Part shown: positions 30,575-38,590 of the stretch, piece after piece
Layout of the letters: each line of letters opens with the position of its first letter
Numbering within the stretch: the stretch's first letter is position 1
NCBI GenBank assembly: GCA_944390315.1
Contig: CALXPO010000022.1
Coordinates: 1,093 to 65,092, forward strand
Direction: 5' to 3'
Origin: an uncultured Alphaproteobacteria bacterium
GTDB taxonomy: Bacteria > Pseudomonadota > Alphaproteobacteria > RF32 > CAG-239
DNA length: 64,000 nucleotides
Translations under genes and position numbers: made by a program
Notes under the pieces: model-generated
Database searches by the model: none
The model's input: the letters and a program-made list of their open reading frames with translations, nothing else
Told to the model about the DNA's origin: nothing

Positions 30575-31996
30575 GTGAAAAAAGACTACTCTAAAATAAA
30601 AAATGATGTAAATCAGGTGAGAAAAGTGAAACAGCAAAAAAAACATTATTCATGTGCTCAAGGTTTGGCCGCTGCCGCGGTCAGTTTTGCTCTGGGTTTG
30701 GCGGTCATCTTGTTTGCGGCGGCCGCGTTAACTGACCGGCGACCGACAATCAATGTATATGAAACTTCGGAAAGCCGAGACGGCGCGCGTCGTGCCGAAG
30801 AGATATTTTTGGCCAAACGCATTGTGAATGTGTTGGAACCTTTAGTCGGCAAAAATAAAGTAAAAGCCGAAGTTTCACTCGATGTCGATTATGATACCGT
30901 TGCCACCAGCGAAGAAATGTATGATCCAAACGGACAGGTCTTGCGTTCGTATAAAGCGGCACAAAATTTTGCCAGCGAGGGCGAATATGCCCTTAACAAA
31001 TATAATCGACTGATTGTCCAAAACGGCGGACAAATTAAACAAATGTCGGTTCTGGTTTTGATTGAAGGAGTTAAAAAAGGTGATGAATATTTTGCTCATT
31101 CTTCAAACGAACTCAATGCTTATGCCGCTTTAATCACACCGGTTATCGGTTTTGTTGCCGAACGCGGCGACAGATTGCAAATCGAAAATTATCGTCCGCA
31201 AAATTCATCTTCTTTTGTTTCGGCTAACTGGGGCTGTTTGCTCGGTATTATCATAATTTTGATTTTACTGTGGTTGATTAACAAAAAACCGCAAGAAAAA
31301 ACACCAAACAAAAAAAATCAACTGCCTTTATGGGATAAATTGGAACAGTCGGATGGTAAGAGCCTTGCCGAGTTTTTACGGAATGAAAATCCTGCAATAA
31401 CGGCTTATGTCCTCGGAAAACTCAGTCCCGATACGGCTTCATCCGTGCTCAATGCACTGCCGATGGCAACAGCCGTTGATGTTCTGTTGGCCATGAGCGA
31501 AAATGCGCCGATAACACGAGAAGTTGCAAAAGCCATAGAGCAATCTTTGACAAACTCATTGTTTCAAGAAAAAAAACGTGAACGTCAAAGTGTTTATAAA
31601 CTCTTTTCTTTGATGAATTTGACTAAACAAAAACAAATGCTGGAAGTCTTGGAAAAACAGAATTCACCTTTGGCTGATAAATTACGTGAACTGATGTTTA
31701 ATTTTGAAGATTTTGTGAATGTCTCTGACAAAGATATCAGACGTCTGTTCGATGATGTTGAAGCCGAAAGATTAGCCGTAGCCTTGCGCGGTGCTTCCGA
31801 AAAATTAAAACAACATCTTTTTGCCAATATGTCTTCGGCAGCGGCGGAATATGTTCAAAAACAGATGAATGAAATGGGACCTGTACGTCTGATTGAAGTT
31901 GAAAAAGCTCAGGCAGAAATTATCTGTTTGGCACAATCTTTGGCATCCCGCGGAAAAATAAGTCTGGACGATACAAAGAGCGGAGGTCGACATTAA
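30575..31996 (+). CDS. truncated FliF (RBM3 ring domain)-FliG (middle and C-terminal domains) fusion protein
   Basis: TM (aa ~29-52); FliF C-terminal motifs LEPLVG..KVKAEVSLDVDYD, EEMYDP..VLRS, IKQMSVLVLI, IGFVAERGD; second TM (aa ~218-235); FliG motifs WDKL..LRNENP, MFNFED, ALRGA, NMS..MGPVRL. Confidence 0.88.
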   Translation: MKKDYSKIKNDVNQVRKVKQQKKHYSCAQGLAAAAVSFALGLAVILFAAAALTDRRPTINVYETSESRDGARRAEEIFLAKRIVNVLEPLVGKNKVKAEVSLDVDYDTVATSEEMYDPNGQVLRSYKAAQNFASEGEYALNKYNRLIVQNGGQIKQMSVLVLIEGVKKGDEYFAHSSNELNAYAALITPVIGFVAERGDRLQIENYRPQNSSSFVSANWGCLLGIIIILILLWLINKKPQEKTPNKKNQLPLWDKLEQSDGKSLAEFLRNENPAITAYVLGKLSPDTASSVLNALPMATAVDVLLAMSENAPITREVAKAIEQSLTNSLFQEKKRERQSVYKLFSLMNLTKQKQMLEVLEKQNSPLADKLRELMFNFEDFVNVSDKDIRRLFDDVEAERLAVALRGASEKLKQHLFANMSSAAAEYVQKQMNEMGPVRLIEVEKAQAEIICLAQSLASRGKISLDDTKSGGRH

Positions 31997-32415
31997 TGGT
32001 CCAAAAAGAGATTGAGTCCAATAATATAAAAATTACGGATGAAAATGCTCCCGCCGTTTTAGATTTGTCAATTAATCGTCCTTTTGTTCCAAAATTTGAA
32101 CCCGATGAGCAAAATAATCAACAATTACTCAGTCGCATACAAGAGCTTTTGCAACAAACTAAAAAAGAAGCTAAGGATAAACAGAACAGATTTGAAAATT
32201 TTCCGCTTGATATGACAGTAGAATTCGGTCAAATTGAGATAAACAATAGTGATTTGAAAAACATAGAAAACGGCATTGATACAAAAGTTAAGCACAATAT
32301 CGGCGATAATGTCAATATTTGCTTAAACGGTCATCTTGCTGCTAAGGGAAAGCTCATGTCAAAAGATGGCAAACTTGGCGTATTGTTGACCCAGATAGTA
32401 AAAATCGAGGAGTAA
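31996..32415 (+). CDS. FliN/FliM C-terminal (SpoA) domain protein
   Basis: PLDMTVEFG..NICLNGHLAAKGKL..GKLGVLLTQI pattern; ATG overlaps the stop of the fusion gene. Confidence 0.8.
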   Translation: MVQKEIESNNIKITDENAPAVLDLSINRPFVPKFEPDEQNNQQLLSRIQELLQQTKKEAKDKQNRFENFPLDMTVEFGQIEINNSDLKNIENGIDTKVKHNIGDNVNICLNGHLAAKGKLMSKDGKLGVLLTQIVKIEE

Positions 32416-32417
32416 AA

Positions 32418-33365
32418 ATGCGAATAAAAAAATTCGTCGATAACGATATGATACGTTTAATGCACCGTGTTAAAGAAGAGTTGGGAGACGAAGCGGTTAT
32501 TGTATCTACATCACAAACGGCTGACGGACGCAGTGAATTGGTTGCGGCTGTTGAAACGGATGATGTTGAATTTTCGGATAAGGACGAACCACAAATTTAT
32601 GCGGCTTCATATAGCGATGCCGTCATTCGCGAACGTCTTGATTTTCACGAAACAGGAGCTTTGGCACAGGCAAAATTACTGTCTTTATGTCGCCGCAAAG
32701 CTATTGAGGCAAATCTGAAAGATGATGCCGAAATTTTAACGTCTGTTTTGAGTGATTTGTTTACCACGTATGACATTTTGGATAAAATTCACCCCATAAA
32801 AGTTTTTGTCGGTTTACAAGGAAGCGGAAAAACGACAGCCTTGGTTAAAACGGCGGCTTTAGCTCATTTTAAGGGTCTGTCTGCGGCTATTGTCAGTATG
32901 GATACGGTTAGAGCCGGAGCCAATGCGCAATTACGAGCTTTTGCAGGGATTCTGGGCGTGGAGTTTAATCCGCTGACACATGCTAAAGAATTGCTGCAAA
33001 CGATTCGACAGGCGAGCGCAACAAATGATTTGGTGCTGGTTGATACTCCCGGATTAAATCCGTTTTCAGCAGATGACAATGAGCGTCTTAAAGAGCTTGT
33101 TGCAGAGTCAGGCGGAGAAACCATATTAACACTTGATGCCGGATATAATGCTTATGATGCAGGAGAAACCGGATTTTTGTTTGCGCAAGCCGGTGCAACA
33201 TGTTTGCTTCCGACAAAATTAGATTTATGCCGAAGAATGGGCGGGTTGCTGTCAGCAGCGGTAGAAGGAGGTTTTCGTTTGGGCTGGGCATCGGTCAGTT
33301 CCAATATAACTAATGGGTTAACATCTTTGGATATGCCGTCATTGGCGCGGGCTCTGTTGGCTTAG
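32418..33365 (+). CDS. flhF: FlhF-like SRP-family GTPase
   Basis: N-terminal MRIKKF..VKEELGDEAVIVS; G1 GLQGSGKTT, DTVRAGANAQL, DTPG, TKLD. Confidence 0.88.
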   Translation: MRIKKFVDNDMIRLMHRVKEELGDEAVIVSTSQTADGRSELVAAVETDDVEFSDKDEPQIYAASYSDAVIRERLDFHETGALAQAKLLSLCRRKAIEANLKDDAEILTSVLSDLFTTYDILDKIHPIKVFVGLQGSGKTTALVKTAALAHFKGLSAAIVSMDTVRAGANAQLRAFAGILGVEFNPLTHAKELLQTIRQASATNDLVLVDTPGLNPFSADDNERLKELVAESGGETILTLDAGYNAYDAGETGFLFAQAGATCLLPTKLDLCRRMGGLLSAAVEGGFRLGWASVSSNITNGLTSLDMPSLARALLA

Positions 33366-33372
33366 GGGAGTT

Positions 33373-34176
33373 ATGATGGAGCAGTATATCAGAACAGATT
33401 TCAAAGATTTACGCTTACAACAAGCTAACCGAATGATTGCAATTGCCTCAGGCAAAGGCGGAGTCGGTAAAACGTGGTTTTCCATCACGTTAGCACATGC
33501 TTTGAGCGCGATGAAACAAAAAACACTGTTGTTTGACGGCGATTTGGGAATGGCCAATATTGATGTGCAATTAGGACTGATGGTGCCTTTTGATTTAGGA
33601 AATGTTGTTACCGGTGCCACAACGCTCAATCAGGTTGTCCATTATTGCGACAAGTGCAGATTTGATGTTATTGCCGGACGTTCCGGTTCGGGCGGATTGG
33701 CTTCAATGCCGATAGGGCGGTTACAAATTTTGGCAGAAGATTTAGCATTGCTTTCGGGATCGTATGATAAAGTCATTTTAGATATGGGAGCAGGGGTCGA
33801 AAAATCGATTCGTATTTTATCAGGTATGTCCGGACGTGTGATTGTCGTATGTACCGATGAACCAACGGCCCTAACGGACGCTTATGCTTTTATCAAATTA
33901 ATGAATATGCAATATCCCAAATGCCGCTTGGAAGTCGTTGTTAATCAGGCCGAGAGCTTGCGTGAAGGTAAGCAGACATTTGACATTTTGCAAAAAGCAT
34001 GTCAAACCTTTTTAAAAATATCGCCGCCGTTGCTGGGAATTGTACGCCGAGATGCTCGTGTTCGTGATGCCATTCGCAGCCAGATGCCGCTAATCAGCCG
34101 TTACCCGACTTGCGAAGCCGCGGAAGATGTGATTGAAATAGCTCAAAAGATTTTGCAGGATGAAAAAAATGTATAA
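33373..34176 (+). CDS. flhG: FlhG/FleN MinD-like ATPase
   Basis: ASGKGGVGKT deviant Walker A, DGDLGMANID, DMGAG, EPTALTDAYAFIK; directly after flhF. Confidence 0.9.
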   Translation: MMEQYIRTDFKDLRLQQANRMIAIASGKGGVGKTWFSITLAHALSAMKQKTLLFDGDLGMANIDVQLGLMVPFDLGNVVTGATTLNQVVHYCDKCRFDVIAGRSGSGGLASMPIGRLQILAEDLALLSGSYDKVILDMGAGVEKSIRILSGMSGRVIVVCTDEPTALTDAYAFIKLMNMQYPKCRLEVVVNQAESLREGKQTFDILQKACQTFLKISPPLLGIVRRDARVRDAIRSQMPLISRYPTCEAAEDVIEIAQKILQDEKNV

Positions 34177-35320
34177 TCAAGATCCTTTAGAATATTATCA
34201 AATTTTGGATGTTTCGCCCGATGCCGATGCAAAGACCATCAAACTTCATTATCGGGATAAAGCAAAAGAATGGCATCCCGATTATAACAAAGCTGAGGAT
34301 GCAATAGAACATTTTCAAAAACTCTCCGTGGCATATGATATATTGCAAGACGAGAATAAGCGTTTGCGATATGACTTGCTGGCCTGCATTTATGATAAAG
34401 ATAATTTTCCTCAGATGGATGCGCTGAGCATTTTGAAAGATAGGATGAACGAAGAAAATCCAGATGTCCGAGCTTTTGACTTACGTTATGTTTTCGGCAA
34501 GATTATTAAATTTTCACATCGTGAAGAGCGTCTTATTTGTACGGAAAAGCAAGCACTTAATGAAATTCTGAAATGTTCTCTGTCTAACTGGCTTTGCGGC
34601 TGGTGGGGAATAAAATCTTTCGCAGTCAATTGTCGGGCTCTGATTGCCAATTATAAACATATCGGTACCAATCGGCAGGACAATTTAACCGTATTATTGC
34701 ATAATGCTTTAGCCTATGATGAAGAAAAAAAGGAAAAAAAATCGCTTTACTCTGCAATCTTAGCTTTGGAATATGCTTTGCCCGAGCAACGTCCGTTGAT
34801 AGAACGTTTTATTAAAAGGTTAGGCGGAAAAGTTCAAAAGCCGCCGCGTTGGCGTTGGTTTAGGTTAAAAGCCGCTAATTTACTAGTACCGTTTATTCTG
34901 TTGATGGTTATCTTGTCGCCGATTGCAAATTCTGTGTTTGGCGGCCTGCAACAATATGTCAGAAAAGAAAACGAAATTACCTATTTTCAAAAAGTTCAAT
35001 TTAACAATGGCGGTGAAACTTTTGATGATATTGTCGTTTCTAAGATTTTTGATATTCCGGTTGATATTTATGATGACAAGATGCTTTATCACCTCAAAGC
35101 CGATACGGATGTGATGTATGGTCCGGGAGACAAATTTGATGTTATGGCGAAAGGAGTTGAGGGACAAACGGTTCGTTTAACCGGATTTACGCCGGATAAG
35201 AGTTGGTATAGGATTATGCTTGATAACGGTGAAATGGGTTTTGTTGAGAAAAACGCTGTTGAACAAGGTATGGGTAAAGCGCCGTCCATCGGGAGCAAAA
35301 TCGTGGCCGAAACACGATAA
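34160..35320 (+). CDS. J-domain membrane protein with C-terminal SH3-like domain
   Basis: YYQILDV..WHPD..AYDIL J domain; WLCGWWGI; TM LLVPFILLMVILSPI; C-terminal YGPG..V..G..WYRIML..GEMGFV. Confidence 0.82.
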   Translation: MKKMYNQDPLEYYQILDVSPDADAKTIKLHYRDKAKEWHPDYNKAEDAIEHFQKLSVAYDILQDENKRLRYDLLACIYDKDNFPQMDALSILKDRMNEENPDVRAFDLRYVFGKIIKFSHREERLICTEKQALNEILKCSLSNWLCGWWGIKSFAVNCRALIANYKHIGTNRQDNLTVLLHNALAYDEEKKEKKSLYSAILALEYALPEQRPLIERFIKRLGGKVQKPPRWRWFRLKAANLLVPFILLMVILSPIANSVFGGLQQYVRKENEITYFQKVQFNNGGETFDDIVVSKIFDIPVDIYDDKMLYHLKADTDVMYGPGDKFDVMAKGVEGQTVRLTGFTPDKSWYRIMLDNGEMGFVEKNAVEQGMGKAPSIGSKIVAETR

Positions 35321-35326
35321 TCAGAT

Positions 35327-35761
35327 TTATTTAATCGGTTCAAATTCCCACGGAAAAACCAACCATCGTCCGGCTTTTTTGGCAGCCGCGGGAAAGTCAA
35401 GTTCAGCATTGGGATTTTTGCAAAAAATGACGGCAATTTTAGCTTTGGGATATTTTTCTTTCAAGTAACGATAGGTACTTCCTGAATCGTATAAATCATC
35501 AACAAACAATGTATTTTCATCCATACTGATTTCGGGAGGAACCAAACATTTAATTTTGGACTGTTGCTCTCCTTCGTAACTGGCAAGGGAAATACTGCTG
35601 ATTTCTCTGATATTGAGCATTTGTGCTAAAATACAAGCGGGAACGAGACCGCCGCGAGCCACGGCGATTATTCTTTTAAAGTTGCCGTCTTTGAGAATTT
35701 GAGCCAATTTTGCACATTCGGCATTAACTTCTTCGTAAGTGATGAATTCTTTATCGGGCAT
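35327..35761 (-). CDS. gpt: xanthine-guanine phosphoribosyltransferase-like protein
   Basis: AVARGGLVPA, PRPP motif FVDDLYDSGST, WLVFPWE; aagga RBS. Confidence 0.82.
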   Translation of the reverse strand: MPDKEFITYEEVNAECAKLAQILKDGNFKRIIAVARGGLVPACILAQMLNIREISSISLASYEGEQQSKIKCLVPPEISMDENTLFVDDLYDSGSTYRYLKEKYPKAKIAVIFCKNPNAELDFPAAAKKAGRWLVFPWEFEPIK

Positions 35762-35762
35762 A

Positions 35763-36557
35763 TTATTTGTCTCCTTTAAGGCTGAATTGTTCAATTGATT
35801 TTGCCAGACCGGTGTGGTTATCAATATCGACGGCGATTCCCCAAACGGTACCGTTGGTTCGACATACTTCCAAGCGATTGCCGTTATATTTTTGACAAAG
35901 CCGATCTATGGGAGCTTGTTTGTCAAAACCTAAAACAGAATCATAGTTGCCGCACATGCCGACATCGGTAATATATGCGGTACCGCCGTTTAAGATGTGA
36001 GCATCGGCAGTCGGAACATGGGTATGGGTGCCGGCGACGATAGAAACTCGACCGTCGAGATAATGTCCGAGTGAAAGTTTTTCGGAAGTACATTCGGCAT
36101 GTACATCCACCAAAATGGCGTCGATATTACGTCCGAGGGCATAATTTTTGAGCAACTTATCGAGGACAAAAGCGGGATTGTCGACATTTTCCATAAAGAC
36201 GCGTCCCAAGACTTGGGTAACTAATATTTTTTTGCCGTTTGCCAGTTCAAAGACGACAGCTCCGTGTCCGGCAGCTGTTTCGGGATAGTTAAGCGGACGG
36301 ACGATTTGTTTGGATTCATCTAAGAAAGGAATAATTTCTCGCTGTTGCCAAACGTGATTACCCGTTGTCAGTATATCGGCCCCTTTTTCCAAGAAATCTT
36401 TAGCAATTCCTGGGGTAACGCCAAAGCCGTGAGCAGCATTTTCGACATTGATGATTATGACATCGGCTTTAAATTTATCGCGAATGACAGGGAGATTGTT
36501 AAGGACGGCATCTCTGCCGGCTCTTCCGACAACATCACCACAATAGACAATTTTCAA
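35763..36557 (-). CDS. YmdB/TIGR00282 metallophosphoesterase
   Basis: GDVVG, NVENAAHG, TTGNH, DVHAE, GTHTH, TDVGMCG; TTG start after ggag. Confidence 0.92.
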   Translation of the reverse strand: MKIVYCGDVVGRAGRDAVLNNLPVIRDKFKADVIIINVENAAHGFGVTPGIAKDFLEKGADILTTGNHVWQQREIIPFLDESKQIVRPLNYPETAAGHGAVVFELANGKKILVTQVLGRVFMENVDNPAFVLDKLLKNYALGRNIDAILVDVHAECTSEKLSLGHYLDGRVSIVAGTHTHVPTADAHILNGGTAYITDVGMCGNYDSVLGFDKQAPIDRLCQKYNGNRLEVCRTNGTVWGIAVDIDNHTGLAKSIEQFSLKGDK

Positions 36558-36625
36558 AATTTTCTCCGTAAGATTATTAAAAAAACTCCGATAACCGGAG
36601 TTTGCGTAACAGCAAATGATAAAAA

Positions 36626-36787
36626 GGAGAGAGAACCGTCGGGCCGTATATGATACATTCTGTCTCGAACCGCATCTCACTAGGTGGGCACCATATAACA
36701 AAACCACGATTTTGCCAGAGACAGTTCCCTAAAATATAACGTTGGCTCGGAAGATCTGCGGAATTACGCACCAAACAGTCCTCTCTA
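36626..36787 (-). ncRNA. ssrS: 6S RNA
   Basis: About 160 nt downstream of zapA (canonical locus); 5' agagaggactgt pairs with 3' acggttctctct; internal gggaactgtctctgg and ggtgcccacct motifs resemble alphaproteobacterial 6S. Confidence 0.8.
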
Positions 36788-36799
36788 CATAGGAATATA

Positions 36800-37138
36800 C
36801 TATAATGATTCGATTTGATTTGCAACAGCTTTTATTGTTTCGCTAAGGGCTTTTATCTTAAGAGAGATATCGTTATCCAAAGCCGTATAATCGATAGTTG
36901 AGTTTTGGGGTTCGGCTGTTTTTGCGGCAAGCAACTTGCGTGTTTCGAACAAGTCATCGGCGACAAGAATGCCGATCATGGCCAAGAGCATATTTTCGCT
37001 GATTTTTCCGCTGATACCTTTAAGTAATTTTGCTTTTTCATCTAAGACGGAGGCAAGCTGCATAATACGAGCTTCTTGTCCGTTTTCGCAAGCGATGGCA
37101 TATTCACGGGAGTTAATTGTTATTGTTACCTGAGCCAT
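36800..37138 (-). CDS. zapA: cell division protein ZapA
   Basis: MAQVTITINSREYAIACENGQE..LLAMIGILVADDL. Confidence 0.92.
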   Translation of the reverse strand: MAQVTITINSREYAIACENGQEARIMQLASVLDEKAKLLKGISGKISENMLLAMIGILVADDLFETRKLLAAKTAEPQNSTIDYTALDNDISLKIKALSETIKAVANQIESL

Positions 37139-37328
37139 TTTTTGTTCCTGCTGGATTGAGTTTGTTAATAAGCGCATCAATTTGGTTAATGGACTGCATT
37201 GTATATTTTTTAAGATTATTTATTTTATCTTTTTTGGTTTCTGCAATGACTTGCAACCGTTTAACGTTATTTTCTAACTCATGGAGAGCGTCAGCGGTTT
37301 GTTTAAAATGAGAGAAATCATTATCCAT
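37113..37328 (-). CDS. small coiled-coil protein upstream of zapA (DUF4164-like position)
   Basis: 71-aa heptad-rich ORF overlapping the zapA start; conserved alphaproteobacterial position. Confidence 0.65.
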   Translation of the reverse strand: MDNDFSHFKQTADALHELENNVKRLQVIAETKKDKINNLKKYTMQSINQIDALINKLNPAGTKNGSGNNNN

Positions 37329-37420
37329 ATTAAAATTTTGCTTTCTTTTCTTATCAGTTGTATATAATATTTTGGAATAATACCGTGATTAACATTTTTT
37401 TCAAGCAACAAAAGATACAT

Positions 37421-37954
37421 ATGCCAAAATTTATTTTAAGAATATCGGAAAAAAGCGAGAATGATTACATTAGGGATACGGAAGCAGAATGTTTCATTTA
37501 TTCAAGCAGCTTACCTGATGATTATCTAGAGGAAGAAATAAAGAAAGCGCAATCAGCGGATAAGATTATTTTATTGGAAGGTGAAGAAGCTGAAAGTAAG
37601 GCAAAAATTTTGTCGGTTGACGGCATCGTGGTTGATTTGAGTGAAACAACGAGCCTAAAAAAAGAAATATGTCGAATACGTGCCGCGTTGCCGCATAGTT
37701 TTTTGGGAGTTATTTGCCGCAATCGTCGACATGAAGCCATGATAGTGAGTGAAAATGAACCGGATTTCATTATTTTTAGGATTTGGGAAGAAGGAAAAGA
37801 AAACACATTAGAATTGGCTAAATGGTATAATGAATTTTTTTTGCTGCAAATGGCGGTAGAACCGATGGATAAACAAGTTGATTTTACGAGCTATCCGGCC
37901 GATATGGTTATATTAAATCCGGAAGATTATAAGATTTTAGTTGCTAAAAAATAA
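37421..37954 (+). CDS. divergent thiamine-phosphate-synthase-like (ThiE-like) protein
   Basis: VDGIVV, GVICRNRRHEAMIVSENEPDFIIF, WYNEFF resemble the alphaproteobacterial ThiE-like gene found before efp. Confidence 0.65.
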   Translation: MPKFILRISEKSENDYIRDTEAECFIYSSSLPDDYLEEEIKKAQSADKIILLEGEEAESKAKILSVDGIVVDLSETTSLKKEICRIRAALPHSFLGVICRNRRHEAMIVSENEPDFIIFRIWEEGKENTLELAKWYNEFFLLQMAVEPMDKQVDFTSYPADMVILNPEDYKILVAKK

Positions 37955-38026
37955 AGATTAGAGTAAATAACTTGTAAATTTTGAATAAATGTTATGAAAA
38001 TCGAAAAAATTAAGGAGTGAATAAGA

Positions 38027-38590
38027 ATGAAGCAACAAGCAGTATCTATCAGAATCGGCTGGGTCATTGAATATAAAGGCAAACCATGGACCATAACCAA
38101 AGCAACCCACATCAAGCCGGGCAAAGGCGGTGCTTTTATGCAGGTTGAAATGAAATCTGTTGAAGAGGGAACAAAGACCAACGAGCGTTTCCGTTCGGAA
38201 GATACCGTTGAAAAACTGATGGTAGAGGAAAAAGACTGCCAGTTTCTTTATGAAGATTCTCTCGGACTCACTTTTATGGATTCGGAAACTTTTGATCAAT
38301 TTGTTATGCCGGCAGATATTTTGGGTGATTCTCGTCCGTTTATGACCGAAGGCATGACGGTTTATATCAACTTTATAGACGGTCGTCCGGTTGCAGTAGA
38401 ATTGCCGCAACAAGTTGTTTGCACCGTTGCCGAGACCGAACCCGTCGTCAAAGGTCAGACTGCGGCATCTTCATACAAACCGGCTATTTTGGATAATGGT
38501 GTCCGGATTATGGTTCCGCCGTTTATTAACCAAGGCGAAAAAATTGTCGTTGGTACGGCTGAAGCCAATTATGTTGAAAGAGCCAAATAA
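38027..38590 (+). CDS. efp: elongation factor P
   Basis: HIKPGKGGAF, KGQTAASSYKPA, VPPFI. Confidence 0.97.
   Translation: MKQQAVSIRIGWVIEYKGKPWTITKATHIKPGKGGAFMQVEMKSVEEGTKTNERFRSEDTVEKLMVEEKDCQFLYEDSLGLTFMDSETFDQFVMPADILGDSRPFMTEGMTVYINFIDGRPVAVELPQQVVCTVAETEPVVKGQTAASSYKPAILDNGVRIMVPPFINQGEKIVVGTAEANYVERAK

Noticed and set aside
30575-31996. fliF/fliG pseudogene
   Set aside because: Single uninterrupted frame with domain-boundary deletions and tight coupling to downstream genes; decay cannot be fully excluded without comparative data.
30575-34176. Injectisome (T3SS) or ordinary complete flagellar operon
   Set aside because: No export gate, ATPase, secretin, rod or hook genes in the window; the PrgK-like RBM1/2 part is the piece that is missing; FlhF and FlhG point to a flagellar origin.
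36558-36707. N-terminal extension of the YmdB-like ORF
   Set aside because: Overlaps the 6S RNA; family similarity starts at the TTG at 36557, which has an RBS.
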